Below are positions 11,281 to 20,582 of a DNA stretch of 64,000 nucleotides, one piece after another; the stretch's first letter is position 1; each line of letters opens with the position of its first letter. The position numbers were made by a program, and so were the translations under genes. The notes below the pieces were generated by a model. The model had not been told where the DNA came from. It searched no databases and saw nothing but the letters and a program-made list of their open reading frames with translations. This DNA is from Promethearchaeota archaeon (lineage in GTDB: Archaea > Asgardarchaeota > Lokiarchaeia > Sigyniarchaeales > SOKP01). Location: positions 105,690 to 169,689 of the forward strand of contig JALGVJ010000017.1 in the NCBI GenBank assembly GCA_029838195.1, written 5' to 3'.

Positions 11281-11467
11281 ATTTTTTTTTATTATGATCA
11301 TTAAGATCAGTTTAAATCTTCTTCTTTTAATAAAGATTATAAGTAAAAATTCAAATTACAATTATTCAAAAAAATGAAATTTTAACAAATAAAAAACTTT
11401 ATTCTGATTTGAAATAATACCAATTTTATTCTATTAGATAAAAAAATAAGGGAAAGTAACGATATAT

Positions 11468-12985
11468 TTAGGTCAAGGCTATTCTTTTCGGATATATGCT
11501 CTGGGCTTGAAGATTCTCGTGGAGTAGACGTTCAATCATTTGATTACGTAATTTCGGTTTAGATTCCCATAAATTCTGTAATTCATTAGGATCATCTTTT
11601 CTATCAAACAAATCTCCATAACCATTTAATCCCGCATAGACAGTTAATTTATGTTTTTCAGTGATTAAATGCCTTAAACGCACATTTATACCAAAATTAA
11701 ACAATTCTTCATCATGTTCAACCAAACATGCTTCCCTAATAGTTTCTTGTGAATCTTGTAAAATCGGTGTCATATCACGCCCTTGCATTCCATAAGGCTG
11801 TTCTTTTCGCTTAATTCCCACCAGCTCCAAAATAGTTTTTGGAATGTCGATTGAGCTAACTAAAGAATCCGTGTGAGTTCCCTTAGTCATTCCGGGCACT
11901 TTCCATATTAAAGGAACTCTTAAAATTCCATCAAAAGGACAAGGTCCTTTTAAAATTAATCCATGGTCACCCATCATGTCCCCATGATCACTGGTATAAA
12001 TTACCATAGTGTTTTTATCCAATCCAAATTTTTCCAATGCCGCTAAGATCTGACCCACTCCATAATCCACCATTGCAACTGATCCATAAGTTCTAGCTAT
12101 GAATTCCTTAACCACCTTCTCCGGCTCAGTCCGTAATACCATTCCCCGAAAAAAGGCATTGTCCAAAAGATCTCCCAAAAAAGGATGATTTTTTAAATTT
12201 TCTTGATCCTTATAACTTTCGGGAAGTTCAATCTTATTTGGGTCATACATATCCCAGTACTTGCCAGGCGGACTGACAGGGTGATGCGGATCTGGAAAAG
12301 AACAATGGAGATAAAATGGTTTGTCTCCATGCTCACCGTTGACGTGATCTTTCAGATAGGATATAGTTCGTTCGGTTATATAGGTTGTAGGATATAGTTC
12401 CTCCGGTATGGGTGATTCACAATGCGTTTTGTTAAAAAATGCTTTTGCTCTTTTCCTAATAATGGGTAAATATTGTGGTGCCCTTTCTTCTAGCCAATCA
12501 AGATAATGCCCACAACAAACATCTCCATGGCCCAAAACCATCTCAACATCTTCAAACCCATAATAAGGACGGGGAAGATTCTTGTCCATTTTATATCGCC
12601 ATTTTTCGGAGAACCAATGATTAACGCTCTCGTAAGAATAGGCGGATTTTTCAAATTTTTGAGCCCAAAATTGTAAGTGCATCTTTCCAATAGCATGAGT
12701 ATGATATCCATTATTATATAAAATTTGTGAAATAGTAGGCACGTTCTCCGGCAAGTTAATGCCATTACTCCTTACGCCGTGCATGTTTGGATATAATCCT
12801 GTTAGCAAGCTTGCTCTGTTTGGAGAGCATATAGGATTAGCACAATAAGCTGAAGTAAAATGCACTCCTTGATCTGCTAATTTGTCCAGATTGGGAGTCT
12901 TCAAGACAGAATTTCCCGCACAACTCATGTGGTCAGCTCGATGCTGATCCGTCATGATAAATAACACGTTCATTTTCTCGCTCAT
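11468..12985 (-). CDS. Cys-type (formylglycine) sulfatase
   Basis: TDQHR, CSPNRASLLTG, GKMH, DPHHP, SDHGD. Confidence 0.93.
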   Translation of the reverse strand: MSEKMNVLFIMTDQHRADHMSCAGNSVLKTPNLDKLADQGVHFTSAYCANPICSPNRASLLTGLYPNMHGVRSNGINLPENVPTISQILYNNGYHTHAIGKMHLQFWAQKFEKSAYSYESVNHWFSEKWRYKMDKNLPRPYYGFEDVEMVLGHGDVCCGHYLDWLEERAPQYLPIIRKRAKAFFNKTHCESPIPEELYPTTYITERTISYLKDHVNGEHGDKPFYLHCSFPDPHHPVSPPGKYWDMYDPNKIELPESYKDQENLKNHPFLGDLLDNAFFRGMVLRTEPEKVVKEFIARTYGSVAMVDYGVGQILAALEKFGLDKNTMVIYTSDHGDMMGDHGLILKGPCPFDGILRVPLIWKVPGMTKGTHTDSLVSSIDIPKTILELVGIKRKEQPYGMQGRDMTPILQDSQETIREACLVEHDEELFNFGINVRLRHLITEKHKLTVYAGLNGYGDLFDRKDDPNELQNLWESKPKLRNQMIERLLHENLQAQSIYPKRIALT

Positions 12986-13005
12986 TTTTAGTTAAGCACC
13001 TTTTT

Positions 13006-14109
13006 TCAATTCCGCTTTCTTTTTTTTAAACCACGTTTATAGTTATAATCATACAATCGCATGTGTTTCGGATCCATAGATTGAAACACTTTTTCTGCTT
13101 CCTCAGGAGGTAAAATTAATATTTCTCCATTTTCTTTTTGAATTACGCAGCCAGAGTTCGTTAGGATTTTATAATTTTTAGCCGTTTCTTTGGGATCTCC
13201 AAAGCAAATATTACTGCAGTTTCCACATGAGATTTGAATATCATAACCAAGATCAACTGATACGTTAAATCCTTTGGAGCCATCGGGAATCTGTGGCCAT
13301 TTTCCTTTTGTCATAGAAGAATGTACTAACAATCGAGTTACCTCATCCTCATCTTCGGGATATTCAAATCTGCCGGGACTCCACGTAGAAAACTTTCCGC
13401 TGTGATGCAAGCCAGTTAATCCCATACATCCAATGATACACCTTCTAATATCAATGCGTTTCGCATAAGAATATTCACGTCCTCCCATCTTAAAGGTAAA
13501 AGCCTCTTTATCAGAAAACATTTTCAGAGGACAGACCCGTGCGCATAATTTGCAATCATTACAAAATGATTCTTCTTCGGGGATGGGGTCCGACGGTTCC
13601 AGTACCGCATCTGTCACCACTGCTCCTAATAGAATAGTAGTACCATAGTCTTTAATTCCGACATTGCCACTCCATCCAAATGAGCCGACACCAGATGCCA
13701 CGGCCACATAACGGAGGCATAATTCTGGTACAACTTTTAATCTCCAACCCGGAATATCTTCCCTAAATTTATTATTCGGGAAGAATGCCGCCCCTTTAAA
13801 CCCCTTTTTTTGTAGCAATACAACCAATTCTTTTTCTATTCTCCAAATCCGTATATATAGGTCAAACATATGTTTTTCAAAATTAGACCTACCATTCGGT
13901 AATTTCTTAGCTAAATAAGCTCTAATGAGTTTTTTGTCTAAAGGCATGGCGAAGCTAATAGCTGATTTAGCTTCGGGCAGCTTATAGGTTATATCCGTGA
14001 TATCCGGAACTCCCGCAAGAGTTTGCTGATTAGCAAAACCAACTCTAATTGCACCTCTTTCACGTAAAAATTGTTCTATTTCCTTGTTTAAACTAATGGT
14101 TCTCACCAA
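13006..14109 (-). CDS. QueG/RdhA-like cobalamin, 2x[4Fe-4S] oxidoreductase
   Basis: SGVGSFGWSGN, CNDCKLCARVCP, CIIGC, STWSPGRF, CGNCSNIC; no TAT signal; 20 bp upstream of the sulfatase. Confidence 0.8.
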   Translation of the reverse strand: MVRTISLNKEIEQFLRERGAIRVGFANQQTLAGVPDITDITYKLPEAKSAISFAMPLDKKLIRAYLAKKLPNGRSNFEKHMFDLYIRIWRIEKELVVLLQKKGFKGAAFFPNNKFREDIPGWRLKVVPELCLRYVAVASGVGSFGWSGNVGIKDYGTTILLGAVVTDAVLEPSDPIPEEESFCNDCKLCARVCPLKMFSDKEAFTFKMGGREYSYAKRIDIRRCIIGCMGLTGLHHSGKFSTWSPGRFEYPEDEDEVTRLLVHSSMTKGKWPQIPDGSKGFNVSVDLGYDIQISCGNCSNICFGDPKETAKNYKILTNSGCVIQKENGEILILPPEEAEKVFQSMDPKHMRLYDYNYKRGLKKRKRN

Positions 14110-14206
14110 TTCTATAATTTTACCTTGAAGTTTAAATTAAAGATTATTATTATAGAGATTAAATATATATAGGAATCGAATCTATTTATAAATTAATGTT
14201 TGGAGA

Positions 14207-14222
14207 TTATCACCAGTGAATA
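14207..14222. promoter_or_regulatory. Candidate palindromic operator TTATCAC-CA-GTGAATA
   Basis: Between the divergent QueG-like genes; same TCACCAGTGA core as 9425-9440. Confidence 0.55.
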
Positions 14223-14241
14223 AGGAAATATAGAATTTAAA

Positions 14242-15390
14242 ATGACTGAAAATAACTCTATTTCATTAGAAGATCAAATCAAGAGTTTAGCACTAAAAGA
14301 AGGAGCAGATTTAGTTGGAATTTGTGAAGCTGCTCCGCTAAGCAATAAGATTTTTTCAGATGCGAGTTTTTTACTAAAAGATGCTCAATCTATTATAAGC
14401 ATCGCGATATCTCAAGACCAAAAAAGCATTGAAAAATATCTTTCAAAGCAAGATCGAGCAGATTTTTGCATTAAGGCTGATGAGATTACACAAAAATTAC
14501 GAGCGATTGGTGAGAAAATTAAGATCTTATTAGAACAAGAAGGATTTAATGCTTTTAACTGCAATATTAACTTCGATTATAGAAATGCCAATCGCAATCC
14601 GACAACCTATAAAGCATTGGATACCCTTGTTTCCCTCATAGACAAGGAAAAATCGGGTGCGGAATTATCTCATAGTGAGAAGAAAACCTTGAGTGCATTA
14701 AAGAAGATGCTTAAAATCGGGATAAGAAAAAATCCCATTGATTTTGTTCCTGAATTCTCTCACCGTTGTGCTGCTGAAGCTGCAGGATTAGGAAGAATAG
14801 GGTGGAGCGGAAATTTGATAACGGAAAAATATGGGGCACGAGTCATGCTGACTTCCGTGATAACGAATGCCACACTCATGCCGGATAAACCCTTAGAAAA
14901 AAATCCTTGTCTAATGTGCAAATTATGCGAAAAAGCATGTCAAGGAGGTTTTTTTGATAAAAAGGAAGAAGAGTGCATTCAAATTGCTAATATGGAAGAG
15001 AAAATTGGTAAAAGAAAATCTTATTCATATTGTGCGGTGATTTGTGGGGGATTTATTGGTCAAAATCGATTTAAAGAGTGGAGCACCTGGAGCCCTTATC
15101 GATTTAAAAGTTATGGTCTTGAAACCATCGATCAATTACCCAATGATGATTCTGTCGATGATATTTACTTGGATATTATGGAAAGGGCGATTCTAGAAGG
15201 TGGTAGGAAAGCTCAAAATGTCTTGAAATTAAATAGAACAATTCTGGTAGGATTACATAACAAGCCAAAAGAAGATTGGATCCCTACGTGTGCCAATTGC
15301 CAAATCATCTGCGGTCCCACCATGCAAGAAAAGAAGAAAAGCCTTAATTTACTCATAAATGGGGGCAATATTGAAGATGGAGATATATGA
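14242..15390 (+). CDS. QueG/RdhA-like cobalamin, 2x[4Fe-4S] oxidoreductase (paralog)
   Basis: AAGLGRIGWSGN, CLMCKLCEKAC, CAVIC, WSTWSPYRF, CANCQIIC. Confidence 0.8.
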   Translation: MTENNSISLEDQIKSLALKEGADLVGICEAAPLSNKIFSDASFLLKDAQSIISIAISQDQKSIEKYLSKQDRADFCIKADEITQKLRAIGEKIKILLEQEGFNAFNCNINFDYRNANRNPTTYKALDTLVSLIDKEKSGAELSHSEKKTLSALKKMLKIGIRKNPIDFVPEFSHRCAAEAAGLGRIGWSGNLITEKYGARVMLTSVITNATLMPDKPLEKNPCLMCKLCEKACQGGFFDKKEEECIQIANMEEKIGKRKSYSYCAVICGGFIGQNRFKEWSTWSPYRFKSYGLETIDQLPNDDSVDDIYLDIMERAILEGGRKAQNVLKLNRTILVGLHNKPKEDWIPTCANCQIICGPTMQEKKKSLNLLINGGNIEDGDI

Positions 15391-15517
15391 TTTAATTTAT
15401 AGCGTAATCTTGAAGTTAATCATAAAATCACATGTCGCTATTCCCTGGTTGGTATCTATTCGAAAAATTTAAAAATTATTTATTAGTAATAATCTTTAAA
15501 AATTAAAAAGTGATCAA

Positions 15518-16810
15518 ATGTCAGGGCGAGAAGGCAGTTCAAAAAAATTGACAAGGTCTTATTTTCTTTATATGGTATTTATTCTAATTCTGGTCCAGGT
15601 TTTAGATTCCTATACTACTTCCTTTCCTACACTCATTCCCTCTCGTATCATAGAAGAATTTTTATCCGGATATCCTGAAAACATTGCTTTATCCTTATTT
15701 ACACTCAGTACGGGGATAGGTACTATGGGCATGTACATTTGTGCATTGAACACGTATTTTTCTGATAAATTTGGAAGGAAAGTGATGCTAGTTGTAACGA
15801 TTTTCGGAATGGCTGGAATCCTTTTTTTAATGAATTTCAGTACCAGCATTATAGATTTCACGATATATTTATTTTTTCTATGGTTCTTCACACGGTCGGA
15901 TATATGGATGATTTTTATCAGTGAAGAGGCCCCGAAAGAGAAGCGAGCTTTCTGGATGCAAGTTATTTTAATTGGAGGAACCGTGGGTGCTATCCTTGGT
16001 CCTATATTGCGTTCTGTATACATAACTGAGACGTCCTCAAATTGGAGAGGTCTTACCTATTTTCCGATTGTCTTTGGAGTCATTTTAGGAGTAATCGCTT
16101 TACTGACGCTAAAAGAACCGAAAATCTTTCAAGAAGATGTGGGAAACAAGTTATCCGGCGGAACTTCAATTTCTTTAAGAAAAAATGTGAAATCCTTGCT
16201 AAAAGCCCCGAATAAAAAAGAATTAATTGCCCTCTTAATAATGAGTTTTGTTTTAGGAACTAATTCCATCTTTAGAAATTTAATGGAGCCTTATATCTTT
16301 GGGGAAGGAATTTTAAATGAAGTACAAATTAGTTTAGTAATTCTCGGAGCCACTCTTGCTGTTTATATAGCATTTCTCTTGATTGGTGTCCTTGCAGACA
16401 GAATTGGCAGGATTCCGCTTCTATATCTTGGTTCAGTTTTAGTACCCATTTCACAAGTTTTATTTGTTATCGGGAGCACGATCCCTGAAATTGCTTTATT
16501 TAGCGGATTATTGTTCGGAGGACTTTCAGCCTTAGGGTATTGGTTGTCATGGATTGTAGTTTCCATGGTGATTCTGGAAGTCGTCCCCACGGACTCCAGA
16601 GGGACAGGAGCGGGCCTAAAATCTCTTTTCGGGGCAGCAGGAATAACTTTAGGTTTCTTTTTTACGAGCTTGTTTACCTATTTATTTGGACTAGGTTTGG
16701 CCGTTATCATCATTAGCTTATCTGTTGGTTTAAACATTCCGTTAATTTATTTCTACGTAAAAGAAACTAAAGGAACGGATCTAAGAGATGTTTATGGACT
16801 AAAATTTTAA
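15518..16810 (+). CDS. MFS transporter
   Basis: SDKFGRK and ADRIGR motif A, terminal ETKG, ~12 TM. Confidence 0.88.
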   Translation: MSGREGSSKKLTRSYFLYMVFILILVQVLDSYTTSFPTLIPSRIIEEFLSGYPENIALSLFTLSTGIGTMGMYICALNTYFSDKFGRKVMLVVTIFGMAGILFLMNFSTSIIDFTIYLFFLWFFTRSDIWMIFISEEAPKEKRAFWMQVILIGGTVGAILGPILRSVYITETSSNWRGLTYFPIVFGVILGVIALLTLKEPKIFQEDVGNKLSGGTSISLRKNVKSLLKAPNKKELIALLIMSFVLGTNSIFRNLMEPYIFGEGILNEVQISLVILGATLAVYIAFLLIGVLADRIGRIPLLYLGSVLVPISQVLFVIGSTIPEIALFSGLLFGGLSALGYWLSWIVVSMVILEVVPTDSRGTGAGLKSLFGAAGITLGFFFTSLFTYLFGLGLAVIIISLSVGLNIPLIYFYVKETKGTDLRDVYGLKF

Positions 16811-16868
16811 TTATAAAAATTTTTTTTTTAATTGAGAAATGGGAGTCTATTTTTAATTGACGGATAAA

Positions 16869-17110
16869 TTACATTTTTAAAAATATTGATACAATATCAC
16901 CGTCCGTTAAAGGCTGGTCCCCATCTCTAAATTTCTGACCAGGATGTTTTGCCGTATCTCCCCATATCATTGCGAAACGGAATTGATTTATAAAATCCTT
17001 GTGCAAGCGCTTGCAAAGCGATTTGAGAGTGTCTCCCTCACGCATTATAATTGGCTCTTTCATATCAGCTTCCTCTTTGGGTGGTTTTAAATACATTTTT
17101 ATTAAGTTCA
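16869..17110 (-). pseudogene. Orphan C-terminal TGS domain of a DRG/Rbg-type GTPase
   Basis: LNLIKMYLKPP...LHKDF...FRFAMIWG..AKHPGQK...L.DGDIVSI; GTPase domain absent. Confidence 0.7.
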
Positions 17111-17256
17111 GTTTAGGTCCAAATCAACAACCCATCCCCGCAACTGTTAAAGAAGTTAAAGAAGTTGTAGTATTAGATTTTTCAAAAGGGATATTCTTAT
17201 TAGTTTTATAAAGTAAGAATAAATGTTAATTAATCGCATTTTCAGTGAATCTTAAA

Positions 17257-18762
17257 TTAGTTATAAGCACAGCGTTCTGGGTATTTAGGTTGAAGTTTAA
17301 TGATTTCTCTAAGAAGTTGGTTGGTTAATTGGTTTTTTAATTCTTTATTCTCCCCCCATAAATTATTAACTTCTTGGGGTTCATTTTCATAGTCATAGAT
17401 ATCTCCAAAAGTATCCAAACCATCATATATGGACAAACGATGTTGTTCGGTTATCAAGGTTCGAACCCGGAATCTTTTGTCCTTCCAAATCTCTTCATCG
17501 TGTTCTATTAATACCTTGTCCCGCACCTTTTTATTCGGATTTTTTAAGATTGATGAAACATCCTCTCCTTGCATTCGTTTGAGGTATTTTTTCTTACCTA
17601 ATCCTAATAGGTTCAAGATGGTAACTGGTAAGTCCACGGTACTTATTAGGGAATTAGAAATTCCCGTGTGGGTTAACCCGGGTATTTTCCATAATAAAGG
17701 CATATTAATCACGCTCCGATAATGAGCAGGACCCTTTAAAACTAAACCATGATCGCCACAATAATCTCCATGATCGCTTGTATAAATTACCATCGTGTTT
17801 TTTGAAAGCCCTGTTTTTTCCAAGGCGTTTAAAATTTTTCCTACCGCATCATCAATCATGGCAATGGAACCATAAGTATAGGCCGTAAATTTTTTTGCTG
17901 TTTGCTCATCCACTTTCTGAGGAAGAAGATGGACAAACCGAGAATCTTTTAAATGTTCTCCTAAAAAGGGATGATTTAACAAGTTCTCAGCATCTTCAAA
18001 ATTATCTGGAAGCTTAATATCTTCGGGATTGTACAAGATCCTATACTTGCCGGGAGGACAAACGGGATGATGTGGGTCATTAAAAGAGCAATGCAAAAAG
18101 AAAGGTTTATCCCCATTATTGCCCTCAGCATATCCTTCGAGGTATTCAACCGTCCGATCGGCAATATAAGAAGTCGGATATAATTCTTCTGATAGGTCTG
18201 TATCATATGTCAAATCATTTATTACTCGTATATTTTTTTTCAACCATTCGACAAATTGAGGATCTCTCTCTTTTATCCATTCAATATAATGACCAGTACA
18301 AACCACTCCATGCCCCGTGGTAAGCGCAGAACACTCTTCAAATCCATAATATGGATTCGGAAAATTTTTAGAATTTAATGTACCGTACAACCATTCAAAA
18401 AGATTTTCATATGATATAACCCCTTTCTTTTGAGGATTTGCATAAAAATTAAAATGCATTTTCCCCACACTACAAGTGTGATATCCGTTTTCTCTTAAGA
18501 TTTCCGAGAGAGTTGGAATGGTTGGATCCAAATTAATTCCATTTGAGCGTGTTTTGTGAACACTTGGATACATCCCGGTAAAGAAACTCGCTCTATTAGG
18601 CATGCAAATAGGAGTGGCACTAAAATATTTAGTAAAAATCATACCATCCTTGGCAATACTGTCAATATTTGGCGTCTTTAAAAAAGAGTGCCCTCTGCAA
18701 CTTAAATGATCAGCACGCTGCTGGTCTGTTATTATGAATAACACGTTCATTTTCTCGCTCAT
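17257..18762 (-). CDS. Cys-type (formylglycine) sulfatase (paralog)
   Basis: TDQQR, CMPNRASFFTG, GKMH, DPHHP, SDHGD; same MSEKMNVLFI start as 11468-12985. Confidence 0.93.
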   Translation of the reverse strand: MSEKMNVLFIITDQQRADHLSCRGHSFLKTPNIDSIAKDGMIFTKYFSATPICMPNRASFFTGMYPSVHKTRSNGINLDPTIPTLSEILRENGYHTCSVGKMHFNFYANPQKKGVISYENLFEWLYGTLNSKNFPNPYYGFEECSALTTGHGVVCTGHYIEWIKERDPQFVEWLKKNIRVINDLTYDTDLSEELYPTSYIADRTVEYLEGYAEGNNGDKPFFLHCSFNDPHHPVCPPGKYRILYNPEDIKLPDNFEDAENLLNHPFLGEHLKDSRFVHLLPQKVDEQTAKKFTAYTYGSIAMIDDAVGKILNALEKTGLSKNTMVIYTSDHGDYCGDHGLVLKGPAHYRSVINMPLLWKIPGLTHTGISNSLISTVDLPVTILNLLGLGKKKYLKRMQGEDVSSILKNPNKKVRDKVLIEHDEEIWKDKRFRVRTLITEQHRLSIYDGLDTFGDIYDYENEPQEVNNLWGENKELKNQLTNQLLREIIKLQPKYPERCAYN

Positions 18763-18863
18763 TTTTATTAGGAAAATTGTTTTCTATTCTTTTTACATTT
18801 AAAGGAGAATATGAAATTCTTGTCAATTAGAAAACTTCATAATTAATAAGTTTTTATACGGTA

Positions 18864-18935
18864 GTGATAATCATCATTAGCATAACACGAAAAATATGAT
18901 GGTTAAGACTCTATTATATGTGATAATCACCATTA
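18864..18935. promoter_or_regulatory. Two copies of GTGATAATCAyCATTA (18864-18879, 18920-18935), candidate operators
   Basis: 16-bp direct repeat with one mismatch, containing the GTGATAA half-site, in the sulfatase/regulator divergent region. Confidence 0.5.
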
Positions 18936-18991
18936 TTTTTTAGAAATAGAAGATCTCCATATAAATGGAATTGTACTAAATAGGTATTATC

Positions 18992-19681
18992 TTGACTAGT
19001 TCAACAGAAAAAAAAGGGAAAGGAACCAATTGGAAAAAAGAAATCCTTGAATTTCTTAACAAGAATCCTTCAGGATATACCATCACAGATATTGCAAAAG
19101 GAATTAAATCCACCCGGATTACTGTCTCGAAGTATCTTTCCTTGCTGAAGAATGAGAAAAAGGTGATCTCCAAAGATATTGGCGTATACAAACTTTATTT
19201 TAGCAAAGATAGAAAGTTTATCGACTTGGGATTGGTTCGGTCTTTCTACAAAGCTTTTTTAAGCGGAATAAAATCTAAAATAACTCGTGTACAAGAATAT
19301 AAGGAGTTAGGCCATTTTATTTCTGATTCCATGTTTAAATACATCATTGAAGTGTATCCCGAAAGTTTGAGAAAACAAATCACATCGTTCAAGGATTTCT
19401 TGCAATTCTTTAGCAAAATGTATCCATATCATGACTTTCTTTATACTAATGACCTGATTATAGAGGAGAATTTGGACCTTGCGAATGAAAAGGGTGTTTA
19501 CAAGTTAAGTAATGTTGAAATTCTCGATATATCGGACAATTTCAAACTTCATTTTTACATATTATCAGGAATTTTTGAACACACGCTTTCCAAGATTTTT
19601 AGACGGAAACCAATTGTCTGTAATATTGAAAAGATTGATAAAAAAAAGAAAGAAGTCGTGATCTCGCTACAACGAAAGTAA
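18992..19681 (+). CDS. Winged-HTH regulator with V4R-like domain (paralog)
   Basis: WKKEILEFL..NPSGYTITDIA...TVSKYLSLL; HFYILSGIFE. Confidence 0.75.
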   Translation: MTSSTEKKGKGTNWKKEILEFLNKNPSGYTITDIAKGIKSTRITVSKYLSLLKNEKKVISKDIGVYKLYFSKDRKFIDLGLVRSFYKAFLSGIKSKITRVQEYKELGHFISDSMFKYIIEVYPESLRKQITSFKDFLQFFSKMYPYHDFLYTNDLIIEENLDLANEKGVYKLSNVEILDISDNFKLHFYILSGIFEHTLSKIFRRKPIVCNIEKIDKKKKEVVISLQRK

Positions 19682-20123
19682 TTAATTTCTAATTAAATCA
19701 AAAAGAATCTTAATGGTAAGTTTTAGCCCTAAATTTATTATATTATAAAAAAAGATTCCACATCCTTTTTATAATGAAGGCTGGAACTCTGTCCTATAAT
19801 ATCTGATATTTGGACATTATCTCCTTCTAAAAGGCTAAGGAGCAATAAGAATTATAATGTTTGGAATCCAATATATTTTCTTTTTAAAAAATCTTTTTTT
19901 AGTCTATTTCAATTTTGAATATGGAAAAATCATAGTTTTTCTAAAATTCCCATTATGAACATCACTACTTCTTTTGTCTGTCAATAAAATTTCGGTTTTT
20001 AATCTTTTACATAATGATTACAGAGAAAAAAACTTAAATAAAATTTTCTTACAAGAAGCGAAATGCTTATCAGAATTCCCATAATACTGGAAATGAAAAA
20101 AGGAATTAAAGAAAAAATTCCTT

Positions 20124-20139
20124 GCGAACTAAAGTTCGC
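20124..20139. repeat. REP-like hairpin GCGAAC-TAAA-GTTCGC
   Basis: Perfect 6-bp GC-rich stem in AT-rich DNA near the island end. Confidence 0.35.
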
Positions 20140-20310
20140 TTCTAATCACTAAAATTTTTTCCTTTAATTATAAGATGGATTATATCAAGGGAAAAAAAAA
20201 ATAAAAAATAAAATTTATTTGGTGATTGAAGCTTAAATTAGATTATAAAATTATATTCACTCTAGATCTTCTAACTCCTCTTGCATGAGTCCAAGAACTT
20301 CTCCAAAGGC

Positions 20311-20564
20311 AATTAATTCCTAAAAGTACAGATCCGTCCGTATTGCGAAGAATAGAGCAATGAAAAAGAGAAATGAAAAAGAGACACATGTTTTTTGAAG
20401 AAACGTGCATTATTACCTCTTCGGTAAGAGAAGGAATAAAGTTGAACGTGGACATGGGTTCATGAAACCTTACATTTTTAAGAAAAAATTTTCATTAAAA
20501 TACATGACTCATGTCATTTGAGATAAGTTCATGCTCATATAAGAATTAAATAGATAATATAAAA
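20311..20564 (+). repeat. 254-bp direct repeat, right copy (decayed osmC 3' end)
   Basis: Matches 4811-5064; TGC->TGA nonsense change at 20361. Confidence 0.95.
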
Positions 20565-20582
20565 ACATGCCGAAGAGGATTC

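Larger units (their letters stand above)
4811..20564. mobile_element. Putative genomic island / inserted segment bounded by direct repeats
   Basis: Flanking 254-bp repeats, truncated reading frames at both inner junctions, many pseudogenes; no integrase or transposase seen. Confidence 0.55.

Noticed and set aside
17120-17145. Minus-strand GMGC-TGA in frame with the TGS fragment, a possible selenocysteine
   Set aside because: No SECIS, no convincing start, and not a conserved Cys position of DRG proteins.
17114-17150. CCCCGCAACTGT resembles a conserved cobalamin-riboswitch segment, inside a putative B12-enzyme cluster
   Set aside because: No B12 box or other helices visible and no downstream gene on that strand; probably chance.
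20243-20455. 70-aa minus-strand ORF similar to 4578-4955
   Set aside because: Antisense reading of the osmC repeat, not a gene.
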